Source: Eledone cirrhosa (taxonomy: Eukaryota). Taken from it: DNA of 64,000 nucleotides. This document shows, one piece after another, positions 1 through 13,877 of this stretch. The notes beneath the pieces are model-generated. The model did not search any database. It was not told where the DNA came from and saw nothing but the letters and a program-made list of their open reading frames with translations. Made by a program: the position numbers and the translations under genes. Every line of letters begins with the position of its first letter. The first letter of the stretch is position 1. The stretch is taken from the NCBI GenBank assembly GCA_964016885.1, contig OZ024761.1, positions 22,196,001 through 22,260,000 of the forward strand. Reading direction: 5' to 3'.

Positions 1-570
1 GTGGTGGTGGTAGTGGTGGTGGTAGTGTGGTGGTGGTGGTGGTGGTGTTAGTGGTGTGGTGGTGGTGGTAGTAGTAGTGTGATAGTGGTGCTGGTGGTAG
101 TAGTAGTAGTAGTAGTAGTAACAGTAGTAGTAGTGTATTGTGGTGGTGGTGGTGTCAGGTCAACACCACCCCCACCCCAGCCCCCATTAATCAATGATGA
201 CAATGATGATGATGATGGAAACCTAAAGCCCCACCACCACCCCAGTAATAATAATAATTCTTTATTTATTGATAACAAAAAGCTCTTATGTAAACACATT
301 TTCAGAACATGGAAAACAAGATCAACAGCAGTTTCCCCACCACCACCTCCACCACCAACAGCAACACCAGCACCAGCACCACCACCACACTAACACCACT
401 TTCATTGCCACCACCACCACCACCACCACCTTTTCCTCCACCGTTACCATCACCACCAACACCACCACCACTTCCACCACCTCCACTATGACCATCACCT
501 CCATCAACAGCAACACCACCACATTCACTACCACCACCACTACACCACCACCACCACCACCACCAACAAG
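1..570. repeat. (GTG/GTA)n and (ACC)n trinucleotide microsatellites
   Basis: Direct inspection; source of poly-V/T/H/P pseudo-ORFs. Confidence 0.9.
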
Positions 571-624
571 GATGTAAAAAATAAAATTAGTTTATTTTGT
601 AAATCTGTAACTACTTCTCAAAGA

Positions 625-1055
625 TCTAGGACAGACAAGAGAGGTTTCTAGGACAGACAAGAGAGAGGGTTTCTAGGACATACAAGAGAGAGGTTTCTAG
701 GACAGACAAGAGAGAGGTTTCTAGGACATACAAGAGAGAGGGTTTCTAGGACATACAAGAGAGAGGTTTCTAGGACAGACAAGAGAGAGGTTTCTAGGAC
801 ATACAAGAGAGAGGGTTTCTAGGACATACAAGAGAGGTTTCTAGGACAGACAAGAGAGGTTTCTAGGACAGACAAGAGAGGTTTCTAGGACAGACAAGAG
901 AGAGGTTTCTAGGACATACAAGAGAGAGGGTTTCTAGGACAGACAAGAGAGGTTTCTAGGACAGACAAGAGAGGTTTCTAGGACAGACAAGAGAGGTTTC
1001 TAGGACAGACAAGAGAGGTTTCTAAGACAGACAAGGAAAAGTTTCCAGAACATAC
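625..1055 (+). repeat. 22-26 bp minisatellite TCTAGGACA(G/T)ACAAGAGA(GA)GG(G)TT, about 17 copies
   Basis: Tandem units visible; length varies through internal AG slippage. Confidence 0.95.
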
Positions 1056-1190
1056 AAGGGGGATATTTCTTATAGGTTGGTAGAATGTAGGTAGAGAGAT
1101 AACTGAATAGCTAGATAGATAGATAGAGAGATAGAGAGATAGGTAGATAGATAGATAGATAGGTAGATAGGTAGGTAGATAGGTAGATAA

Positions 1191-1392
1191 ATTTCTTTAT
1201 TAGCCACAAGGGCTCAAAAGAAGGGGACAAATACAAATGGGGAGTTTACATACAGATATATGAAAATAAAACTAATAATAAAAAAAAAAAATAGATAGGG
1301 AGATAGATAGATTTCTTTATTTGCCACAAGGGAGCACAAGAAAAGGGGACAATACAAAGACACATGCCGGGGATTTTACATACAGTCGTGTA
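1191..1392 (-). mobile_element. Two tandem 3' ends of Tx1-like LINEs embedded in (TAGA)n
   Basis: 1191-1255 and 1311-1392 are reverse complements of the 3' UTR ends at about 16030-16094 and 16370-16447 (…GGC(T/A)AATAAAGAAA followed by (TCTA)n). Confidence 0.75.
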
Positions 1393-2009
1393 GACAGACT
1401 GATAGATATATTGATAGATAAATAGGGGAACGGAGAGATAGACAGACATACAGATAAATAAATAGATAGGGAAAGAGTGATAGGGACAGTATGTATGAGA
1501 GAGGGGGGGGGGTAGGTAGGGGTTTGAAGAAGGGAATAAAACGGCAACAGAAGTACCTGAGTCAGCTCCCTAAATATTATGGGTACCATATTGTACCATA
1601 GTCTCACATGACAAAACAACACCTCTCTCTCGCTCCCCCCCCCCCCCTTGCTCTCATCCTCTCTCTACTCTCTCTCTCCCGCACTATCTCTCTCTCACCT
1701 TCTTTCTCTCTCTATCTCACCCTTCTCTCTCCTTTCTCTCCCACTCTCTCTACTCTCTCTCTCCTGCTCTATCTCTCTATCTCACTCTATCTCTCCCACT
1801 CTCACCCTTCTCTCTATCTCTCTCTCTCACCCCCTCACTCTCCTCCTCTCTCTCTCCTCTCTTCCTCTCTCTCAATAATTAAAGTTCTCTATGGTACCAT
1901 CTCATCTCCCACAAAACTCTTCTCACACACTAACGAGAGGACCGAAAATTCTTCATCTTAATTAGGAGGCACCCCCTCCCCACCCCAATTAATTCTATGA
2001 CATAATTAT

Positions 2010-3316
<1,307 letters not shown>

Positions 3317-3429
3317 AAAAGCCATGTGAAACCTCTCTTTGTGGTCAGTTGATATGGTCCAAGGTTTTGTGGAAAAAGTATGAAAAGTTAGGCTGGGGAG
3401 AAATAAATATCTACTTTGTGGGGTTCAGC

Positions 3430-3745
3430 TGCTGATCCCCTTTCAAAGTAGTCCCCTTCTACCTCCGCACCCTCATCCCACCGATCCTTCCATGACTGTT
3501 TGAAATACTTCTTCTGGAAGGGCTGACATCTCTACCATCACACTCTACAAGATGTTCTCTCAGTTCTTAAAGAAGGGGACCTTTCATTGGTTCACATCTC
3601 TGCCATCACACTCAACACAATATCCTCAAAGAGAGGAGCTTTCCGTGGCACACCTCTCTGCCATCACAGTCTACAAGATGTCCTCACAAATGTCAAAGAG
3701 GAGACCTTTCTGTGGCATTGTCATTTTTTTTAGGAACACAACTAG
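3430..3745 (-). pseudogene. Decayed mariner transposase, C-terminal part
   Basis: Minus strand reads APSDF*L..K, then MPQKGLLFDICEDI, then WKDRWD..EVEGDYFE. These match the mariner C-terminal pattern (LKGRRF...; W.KRW.KC....GDYFE). The KG..F...EDI segment is present as three diverged copies at about 3525-3720. Confidence 0.8.
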
Positions 3746-6700
3746 AAGTCAGAGGGAGCTGTATGTGTTTTGGGGAAGACAACTAGAAGTCAGAGGGAGC
3801 TGTATGTGTTTTGGGGAAGACAACCAGAAGTCAGAGGGAGCTGTATGTGTTTTGAGGAACACAACCAGAAGTCAGAGGGAACTGTATGTGTTTTGAGGAA
3901 CACAACCAGAAGTCAGAGGGAACTGTATGTGTTTTGAGGAACACAACCAGAAGTCAGAGGGAGCTGTATGTGTTTTGGGGAACACAACTAGAAGTCAGAG
4001 GGAGCTGTATGTGTTTTGAGGAACACAACTAGAAGTCAGAGGGAGCTGTATGTGTTTTGGGGAAGACAACTAGAAGTCAGAGGGAGCTGTATGTGTTTTG
4101 AGGAACACAACTAGAAGTCAGAGGGAGCTGTATGTGTTTTGGGGAAGACAACCAGAAGTCAGAGGGAGCTGTATGTGTTTTGGGGAAGACAACCAGAAGT
4201 CAGAGGGAGCTGTATGTGTTTTGGGGAAGACAACCAGAAGTCAGAGGGAACTGTATGTGTTTTGAGGAACACAACTAGAAGTCAGAGGGAGCTGTATGTG
4301 TTTTGAGGAACACAACCAGAAGTCAGAGGGAGCTGTATGTGTTTTGAGGAACACAACCAGAAGTCAGAGGGAGCTGTATGTGTTTTGAGGAACACAACCA
4401 GAAGTCAGAGGGAGCTGTATGTGTTTTGAGGAACACAACCAGAAGTCAGAGGGAGCTGTATGTGTTTTGAGGAACACAACCAGAAGTCAGAGGGAGCTGT
4501 ATGTGTTTTGGGGAAGACAACCAGAAGTCAGAGGGAGCTGTATGTGTTTTGAGGAACACAACCAGAAGTCAGAGGGAGCTGTATGTGTTTTGAGGAACAC
4601 AACCAGAAGTCAGAGGGAGCTGTATGTGTTTTGAGGAACACAACCAGAAGTCAGAGGGAGCTGTATGTGTTTTGGGGAAGACAACCAGAAGTCAGAGGGA
4701 GCTGTATGTGTTTTGGGGAAGACAACCAGAAGTCAGAGGGAGCTGTATGTGTTTTGAGGAACACAACCAGAAGTCAGAGGGAACTGTATGTGTTTTGAGG
4801 AACACAACCAGAAGTCAGAGGGAGCTGTATGTGTTTTGAGGAACACAACCAGAAGTCAGAGGGAGCTGTATGTGTTTTGGGGAAGACAACCAGAAGTCAG
4901 AGGGAGCTGTATGTGTTTTGAGGAACACAACTAGAAGTCAGAGGGAGCTGTATGTGTTTTGAGGAACACAACCAGAAGTCAGAGGGAACTGTATGTGTTT
5001 TGAGGAACACAACCAGAAGTCAGAGGGAGCTGTATGTGTTTTGAGGAACACAACCAGAAGTCAGAGGGAACTGTATGTGTTTTGAGGAACACAACTAGAA
5101 GTCAGAGGGAGCTGTATGTGTTTTGAGGAACACAACCAGAAGTCAGAGGGAGCTGTATGTGTTTTGAGGAACACAACTAGAAGTCAGAGGGAGCTGTATG
5201 TGTTTTGAGGAACACAACCAGAAGTCAGAGGGAGCTGTATGTGTTTTGAGGAACACAACCAGAAGTCAGAGGGAGCTGTATGTGTTTTGAGGAACACAAC
5301 TAGAAGTCAGAGGGAGCTGTATGTGTTTTGAGGAACACAACCAGAAGTCAGAGGGAGCTGTATGTGTTTTGAGGAACACAACCAGAAGTCAGAGGGAGCT
5401 GTATGTGTTTTGAGGAACACAACTAGAAGTCAGAGGGAGCTGTATGTGTTTTGAGGAACACAACTAGAAGTCAGAGGGAGCTGTATGTGTTTTGAGGAAC
5501 ACAACCAGAAGTCAGAGGGAGCTGTATGTGTTTTGAGGAACACAACCAGAAGTCAGAGGGAGCTGTATGTGTTTTGAGGAACACAACTAGAAGTCAGAGG
5601 GAGCTGTATGTGTTTTGAGGAACACAACCAGAAGTCAGAGGGAGCTGTATGTGTTTTGAGGAACACAACCAGAAGTCAGAGGGAGCTGTATGTGTTTTGA
5701 GGAACACAACCAGAAGTCAGAGGGAGCTGTATGTGTTTTGAGGAACACAACTAGAAGTCAGAGGGAGCTGTATGTGTTTTGAGGAACACAACCAGAAGTC
5801 AGAGGGAGCTGTATGTGTTTTGAGGAACACAACCAGAAGTCAGAGGGAGCTGTATGTGTTTTGAGGAACACAACCAGAAGTCAGAGGGAACTGTATGTGT
5901 TTTGAGGAACACAACTAGAAGTCAGAGGGAGCTGTATGTGTTTTGAGGAACACAACCAGAAGTCAGAGGGAGCTGTATGTGTTTTGAGGAACACAACCAG
6001 AAGTCAGAGGGAGCTGTATGTGTTTTGAGGAACACAACCAGAAGTCAGAGGGAACTGTATGTGTTTTGAGGAACACAACCAGAAGTCAGAGGGAGCTGTA
6101 TGTGTTTTGGGGAAGACAACCAGAAGTCAGAGGGAGCTGTATGTGTTTTGAGGAACACAACCAGAAGTCAGAGGGAACTGTATGTGTTTTGAGGAACACA
6201 ACCAGAAGTCAGAGGGAGCTGTATGTGTTTTGAGGAACACAACCAGAAGTCAGAGGGAACTGTATGTGTTTTGAGGAACACAACTAGAAGTCAGAGGGAG
6301 CTGTATGTGTTTTGAGGAACACAACCAGAAGTCAGAGGGAGCTGTATGTGTTTTGAGGAACACAACCAGAAGTCAGAGGGAGCTGTATGTGTTTTGAGGA
6401 ACACAACCAGAAGTCAGAGGGAGCTGTATGTGTTTTGGGGAAGACAACCAGAAGTCAGAGGGAGCTGTATGTGTTTTGAGGAACACAACTAGAAGTCAGA
6501 GGGAGCTGTATGTGTTTTGAGGAACACAACCAGAAGTCAGAGGGAACTGTATGTGTTTTGAGGAACACAACCAGAAGTCAGAGGGAGCTGTATGTGTTTT
6601 GAGGAACACAACTAGAAGTCAGAGGGAGCTGTATGTGTTTTGAGGAACACAACCAGAAGTCAGAGGGAGCTGTATGTGTTTTGGGGAACACAACCAGAAG

Positions 6701-9536
6701 TCAGAGGGAGCTGTATGTGTTTTGAGGAACACAACCAGAAGTCAGAGGGAGCTGTATGTGTTTTGGGGAAGACAACCAGAAGTCAGAGGGAGCTGTATGT
6801 GTTTTGAGGAACACAACCAGAAGTCAGAGGGAGCTGTATGTGTTTTGAGGAACACAACCAGAAGTCAGAGGGAGCTGTATGTGTTTTGAGGAACACAACT
6901 AGAAGTCAGAGGGAGCTGTATGTGTTTTGAGGAACACAACCAGAAGTCAGAGGGAGCTGTATGTGTTTTGAGGAACACAACCAGAAGTCAGAGGGAGCTG
7001 TATGTGTTTTGAGGAACACAACCAGAAGTCAGAGGGAACTGTATGTGTTTTGAGGAACACAACCAGAAGTCAGAGGGAACTGTATGTGTTTTGGGGAAGA
7101 CAACCAGAAGTCAGAGGGAGCTGTATGTGTTTTGAGGAACACAACTAGAAGTCAGAGGGAGCTGTATGTGTTTTGAGGAACACAACCAGAAGTCAGAGGG
7201 AGCTGTATGTGTTTTGGGGAACACAACTAGAAGTCAGAGGGAGCTGTATGTGTTTTGAGGAACACAACCAGAAGTCAGAGGGAGCTGTATGTGTTTTGAG
7301 GAACACAACCAGAAGTCAGAGGGAGCTGTATGTGTTTTGAGGAACACAACTAGAAGTCAGAGGGAGCTGTATGTGTTTTGAGGAACACAACCAGAAGTCA
7401 GAGGGAGCTGTATGTGTTTTGAGGAACACAACCAGAAGTCAGAGGGAGCTGTATGTGTTTTGAGGAACACAACCAGAAGTCAGAGGGAGCTGTATGTGTT
7501 TTGGGGAAGACAACCAGAAGTCAGAGGGAGCTGTATGTGTTTTGAGGAACACAACTAGAAGTCAGAGGGAGCTGTATGTGTTTTGAGGAACACAACTAGA
7601 AGTCAGAGGGAGCTGTATGTGTTTTGAGGAACACAACCAGAAGTCAGAGGGAGCTGTATGTGTTTTGGGGAACACAACCAGAAGTCAGAGGGAGCTGTAT
7701 GTGTTTTGAGGAACACAACCAGAAGTCAGAGGGAGCTGTATGTGTTTTGGGGAAGACAACCAGAAGTCAGAGGGAGCTGTATGTGTTTTGAGGAACACAA
7801 CCAGAAGTCAGAGGGAGCTGTATGTGTTTTGAGGAACACAACCAGAAGTCAGAGGGAGCTGTATGTGTTTTGAGGAACACAACTAGAAGTCAGAGGGAGC
7901 TGTATGTGTTTTGAGGAACACAACCAGAAGTCAGAGGGAGCTGTATGTGTTTTGGGGAACACAACCAGAAGTCAGAGGGAGCTGTATGTGTTTTGAGGAA
8001 CACAACCAGAAGTCAGAGGGAGCTGTATGTGTTTTGGGGAAGACAACCAGAAGTCAGAGGGAGCTGTATGTGTTTTGGGGAAGACAACCAGAAGTCAGAG
8101 GGAGCTGTATGTGTTTTGAGGAACACAACCAGAAGTCAGAGGGAGCTGTATGTGTTTTGAGGAACACAACCAGAAGTCAGAGGGAGCTGTATGTGTTTTG
8201 AGGAACACAACCAGAAGTCAGAGGGAGCTGTATGTGTTTTGGGGAAGACAACCAGAAGTCAGAGGGAGCTGTATGTGTTTTGGGGAAGACAACTAGAAGT
8301 CAGAGGGAGCTGTATGTGTTTTGAGGAACACAACTAGAAGTCAGAGGGAACTGTATGTGTTTTGGGGAACACAACCAGAAGTCAGAGGGAGCTGTATGTG
8401 TTTTGAGGAACACAACCAGAAGTCAGAGGGAGCTGTATGTGTTTTGAGGAAGACAACCAGAAGTCAGAGGGAGCTGTATGTGTTTTGGGGAAGACAACCA
8501 GAAGTCAGAGGGAGCTGTATGTGTTTTGGGGAAGACAACTAGAAGTCAGAGGGAGCTGTATGTGTTTTGAGGAACACAACTAGAAGTCAGAGGGAACTGT
8601 ATGTGTTTTGGGGAACACAACCAGAAGTCAGAGGGAGCTGTATGTGTTTTGAGGAACACAACCAGAAGTCAGAGGGAGCTGTATGTGTTTTGAGGAAGAC
8701 AACCAGAAGTCAGAGGGAGCTGTATGTGTTTTGAGGAACACAACTAGAAGTCAGAGGGAGCTGTATGTGTTTTGAGGAACACAACTAGAAGTCAGAGGGA
8801 GCTGTATGTGTTTTGAGGAACACAACCAGAAGTCAGAGGGAGCTGTATGTGTTTTGGGGAACACAACCAGAAGTCAGAGGGAGCTGTATGTGTTTTGAGG
8901 AACACAACCAGAAGTCAGAGGGAGCTGTATGTGTTTTGAGGAACACAACCAGAAGTCAGAGGGAGCTGTATGTGTTTTGAGGAACACAACCAGAAGTCAG
9001 AGGGAGCTGTATGTGTTTTGGGGAAGACAACCAGAAGTCAGAGGGAGCTGTATGTGTTTTGAGGAACACAACCAGAAGTCAGAGGGAGCTGTATGTGTTT
9101 TGAGGAACACAACTAGAAGTCAGAGGGAGCTGTATGTGTTTTGAGGAACACAACTAGAAGTCAGAGGGAGCTGTATGTGTTTTGAGGAACACAACCAGAA
9201 GTCAGAGGGAGCTGTATGTGTTTTGGGGAAGACAACCAGAAGTCAGAGGGAGCTGTATGTGTTTTGAGGAAGACAACCAGAAGTCAGAGGGAGCTGTATG
9301 TGTTTTGAGGAACACAACTAGAAGTCAGAGGGAGCTGTATGTGTTTTGAGGAACACAACTAGAAGTCAGAGGGAGCTGTATGTGTTTTGAGGAAGACAAC
9401 CAGAAGTCAGAGGGAGCTGTATGTGTTTTGAGGAACACAACCAGAAGTCAGAGGGAGCTGTATGTGTTTTGAGGAACACAACCAGAAGTCAGAGGGAGCT
9501 GTATGTGTTTTGAGGAACACAACCAGAAGTCAGAGG
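3731..9536 (+). repeat. 41-bp tandem array (about 140 copies) GAAGTCAGAGGGAGCTGTATGTGTTTTGAGGAACACAACCA
   Basis: Strict 41-bp period with four dimorphic positions and no spacers. Confidence 0.98.
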
Positions 9537-9655
9537 TGGCCATATCTGGAGATTAAAGAACCTGAAGAATGAGCTAAATGTCTTTAGTTGTCAAAAAACT
9601 TTGGATCAACTGCAATAAATGAGTTTGTGGCATTGTCCTGATGCAGCTGCCAGAT
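9515..9655 (-). pseudogene. Decayed mariner transposase, DD34D catalytic region
   Basis: Minus strand reads WQLHQDNA ... IQSFLTTKDI*LILQVL*SPDMATSDFWL, corresponding to the HDNA and YSPDLAPSD motifs. Confidence 0.85.
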
Positions 9656-9689
9656 TTGTCCAGCACTTTAACAATTCCATCCCCACTAA

Positions 9690-9840
9690 TTCCTACCCTG
9701 TCCATAGACTGGTGGAACTTTGTCACCCCCAGGAGGATGAAGGGCAAAGATTTACCTCAGTGAGGTTGGAACTGGGAACAGAAACAGTTAAAATAAATAC
9801 TTATATCAATTAAATCAACAGTAGTCTACCCACCCTGCCA
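9690..9840 (-). mobile_element. Diverged tRNA-derived SINE (family A)
   Basis: GGATGAAGGGCAAAGATTTACCTCAGTGAGGTTGGAACT is a diverged reverse complement of the family A core at 17700-17760. Confidence 0.6.
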
Positions 9841-10214
9841 CCCTGCCTAATGCACCCCCCTTCACACTAAGATTTATAGCCAGGTTGGAGATGGGTAGTA
9901 GTGTCGTGGAGGTGTGGTGGTGGAGGGTGGGGTGGATGACTGAGACAAGATAATGGCAGATAACTTCTAATGTAGGGAAATAATCAGGTAATTTGTTTGT
10001 ATTACCTTACCCTGTTACCTTAATCTCTAGCCCCTAACCTCACCCCTTCCACCTCTAACACCCCCTCCTGCCCCACTTGTCACCTCTAACATGTCACCCT
10101 GCACCCCATAAAACATAACTGTAGCCCCTCCCCAATCTCACTGACCCCCCCCCCCCGTCGTGATATCACTCCCCCCCCCCCAACTCCATATCTACCTACA
10201 TGTTATTGCCATGT

Positions 10215-10327
10215 CTATACACACATATATATGCTTGTGAGTGTGTGTATATATATGTATATATATATATGTATATATATATATGCTTGTGAGTGTGTGT
10301 GTGTGTATATATATATATATGCTTGTG

Positions 10328-10398
<71 letters not shown>

Positions 10399-10439
10399 GC
10401 TTGAGTGTGTGTGTGTGTGTATATATATATATGCTTGTG

Positions 10440-10473
<34 letters not shown>

Positions 10474-10483
10474 CACATGCTTG

Positions 10484-10514
<31 letters not shown>

Positions 10515-10521
10515 GCTTGTG

Positions 10522-10558
<37 letters not shown>

Positions 10559-10566
10559 GCTTGTGA

Positions 10567-10610
<44 letters not shown>
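10215..10610 (+). repeat. Compound repeat ATGCTT(GT)GAGT(GT)n(AT)n
   Basis: About 9 units with variable dinucleotide runs. Confidence 0.85.
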
Positions 10611-10863
10611 GAGTGTGTGTCTGTGTGTTCCATCTTTTAATCTAAATCCCATATCACTGTATCAACAGAAAAACCCCTTTGACTTTCTATACTGAAGGGA
10701 GTTGTGAGTTAGGGTTAGGGTTAGGGGCTGAGGGAGTCAGAGAGATAGGGAGGAAAATATAGAATATACATATATATATATGTATATATACATATATATC
10801 TATATAGGTATAAATACATATATAGATATGTATAAATACATATATGTCTACATATACATACAT

Positions 10864-10910
<47 letters not shown>

Positions 10911-11696
10911 ATTTATATATGTATAAATACATATGTATCTATGTAGGTGTGAATAGATATATTCATGTATATATGTATAAATAAATATATATCTATGTAT
11001 GTATAAATAGATATATACACACATATATATATATATATATATATGTATAAATACATATATATATATGTATAAATACATATATATATATATATGTATAAAT
11101 ACATATATATATATATATGTATAAATACATATATATATATAAAGATGAGTGTTGCCGGTACGGCAACACTCATCTTTTTCCATTTCCCCCCGAGGGTTAT
11201 AAACCCCACTATCAGGCTAGAAATTTCTTTAGTCTAAAATACGGTGAAAGCTTATAATTTCTAATTTCAAACTCGCGCACCGTTTCAAAAACATACTTAC
11301 ATGTTTACGTTTATAATTTGCTTGTTTATCATTTACTTGCTAAGTTCATAGCTTCTAATTCGAATGGAAGGAGATGGGATGTGTATTGGTCTAATGGTAG
11401 CACAGTGGTCTGGATAACATATATATATATATGTACGAATACATATATATATATATATGAATACATATATATATATATATATGTATGAATACATATATAT
11501 ATATATATATGTACGAATACATATATATATATATATGAATACATATATATATATATATATATATGAATACATATATATATATATATATGTATGAATACAT
11601 ATATATATATATGTATAAATACATATATATATATATATGTATATATATATGTATAAATACATATATATATATATATATATGTGTATATATATGTAT

Positions 11697-11961
11697 AGTC
11701 CAAACAAATGAGGTCGGGTAGGTGTCACGACAAAAAAACCACAGTCCACACTGTAATGTGGCCGTGTAGGTAACACGGTAAAAACCTCCCAGTTCCACAC
11801 TGTAAACGTGGTTGGTGTTAGCAGGGGCACCCAGCCATAGAAAACCTGCCAGACAGTCCTATACGAGCGAGACATGGTCACCCGACCAATCTTGCCTCAA
11901 GTGGGACAACTCCCGTCTAATCCATGCTAGCGTGGAAGATGGACGTTAAACGATGATGATG
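11697..11961 (+). mobile_element. RTE LINE 3' UTR fragment with (GAT)n tail
   Basis: Closely matches 62610-62885, which lies downstream of an RTE ORF; ends GGACGTTAAACGATGATGAT. Confidence 0.85.
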
Positions 11962-11978
11962 TATATATATATATATAT

Positions 11979-12146
11979 ATAGGAAAAGAGTCAGGACTCC
12001 GATGGCTGAGCTCCAGCTAGATCTAGCTGTTGAAACGGCCGGAGCTCAGCCGTCGGGGTCCTGACTCTTTTCCTATTACCCACTCTACTACCCTAAGTAT
12101 TGAGTATTCTGGTGGGTTATGGTCCATCTGGTTCCTCACCACACTT

Positions 12147-12150
<4 letters not shown>
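11979..12150 (+). mobile_element. (TA)n-flanked Penelope-like terminal fragment with fold-back hairpin
   Basis: Homologous to the reverse complement of 37450-37607 and to 46028-46070; its left end is an inverted copy of its own interior. Confidence 0.55.
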
Positions 12151-12204
<54 letters not shown>

Positions 12205-12207
<3 letters not shown>

Positions 12208-12356
12208 GTCAAGACGGGCGGTCTGGAAAGTGAAAGTAATTTTTGACACTGTGAATTTTTTTTTTTTTTACAACAGGTCTCAATAGTGTAATTTACGATA
12301 CACACGCAATTGTATGGATTTCTTAATATATATATATGTGTGCCCGTCTTGACGTA
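12205..12356. mobile_element. About 150-bp MITE with TIR TACGTCAAGACGGGC
   Basis: 15-bp terminal inverted repeat, TA-flanked; an inverted near-identical copy lies at 12932-13086. Confidence 0.75.
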
Positions 12357-12931
12357 TGCCATATATATATGTATGTATATATATATGTGTGTATATATAT
12401 GTGTGTGTGTGTGTATATATATATATAATGTGTGTGTTTTTCTTTATATATTTGTTTACAATCTACTGTCTCTCACAACATCATTATAAGTCAGAACTAT
12501 GAGAAAACAAACCCTATACTATTACATGGTTTGAACGTCTAACTAGGAAGAACCGAATTATAATATCTAATATATATTTATATATATATATTGTTATACT
12601 TTGGGAGGGTCATGTTGCCAAAAAGAAACACACGCACCAGTTGCTTTCACTTCAATTTATTATATATTTATAAATTTACAAATTTATAAATTTCTGGTTG
12701 GCAACATGACCCTCCCAAAGTATAACAATATCGGTTTCAACACACGTTTTCAGATAAAGAATCTTGCTAAACAAATTCAGAAACGAAATATATATATATA
12801 GTTATTTAAAAAGTCTACTTCTGTCCTCGCCATACACAGAGCCCTTGCTACATCTAACTAATATCAATCAATGTCCAGTTTTTAGTAATCTTTCAATATA
12901 CATACATATATATATACATATATATATGGCA

Positions 12932-13080
12932 TACGTCAAGACGGGCACACATATATATATATTAAGAAATCCATACAATTGCGTGTGTATCGTAACTTAC
13001 ACTATTGAGACCTGTTGTAAAAAAAAAAAAAAAAATTCACAGTGTCAAAAATTACTTTCACTTTCCAGACCGCCCGTCTT

Positions 13081-13086
<6 letters not shown>
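12932..13086. mobile_element. Second, inverted copy of the 150-bp MITE
   Basis: Reverse complement of 12205-12356 with few differences. Confidence 0.75.
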
Positions 13087-13134
<48 letters not shown>

Positions 13135-13288
13135 GATTCATATATAGAGAGATAATTTCTATACATATATATATATAGAGAGAGAGAGACACATTATACG
13201 TGTGTGGTGTGTGAGAGAGAGAGAGAGAGAGAGAGTGTGTGTGTGAGAGAGTCAGAGAGAGTGTGTGTGTGTGAGAGCGTGTATGAGA

Positions 13289-13319
<31 letters not shown>

Positions 13320-13545
13320 TATGAGAGTGTGTGTGTGAGAATATATATAAATAGGTTAAATAAATGTCAAATCACAAAGTAATTTGTCCTAATTAATGTT
13401 GTTTTATATTAGGGAGGGTTTCAGTTGTGGTATTTACCAAGAGAAAATTACAGGAGACACAATTCTATATAGTAAGTGGTAGGTACAGTTGTGTATATAT
13501 CTTATGAGAGTGTATATATACATACATACATACATTTATATATAT

Positions 13546-13877
13546 GGAGGCACATGGTTTAGTGATTAGTGCATTGACCTTGCAATCGAAAGGTTGTGAG
13601 TTTAATTCCCAGACCGGGTGATGTGTTGTGTCCTTGAGCAAGACACTTTATTTCACATTGGTCCTGTTTACTCAGCTGTAGAAATGAGATGATAGGACTG
13701 GGGTCCCTATCATTCCACTGCAAAGTGGTCGTGGAGGTGCCACGGCAAAAAAGCACCCAGCACTCACTGTAAATGAGGTTGGTGTTAGGAAGGGCATCCA
13801 GCTGTTGTAATCAAGCCAGAATCAGTTCCCGTCCCACCCTTGCAAGCAGGGAAAAGTGGACGTAAAATGATGATGAT
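13546..13877 (+). mobile_element. Full-length tRNA-derived SINE (family B) with CORE/V-like middle and RTE-type tail
   Basis: A-box-like TGGTTTAGTGATT, B-box-like GTTTAATTCC, central TGTGTCCTTGAGCAAGACACTT, and tail CCCACCCTTGCAAGCAGGGAAAA...(ATG)n. Confidence 0.8.

Noticed and set aside
3731-9536. CRISPR-like array (41-bp repeats with a small hairpin)
   Set aside because: No unique spacers, no cas genes and a eukaryotic context; the unit derives from mariner sequence.
10709-10726. (TTAGGG)3 telomere-like repeat
   Set aside because: Only three units; too short to indicate a telomere or a fusion site.
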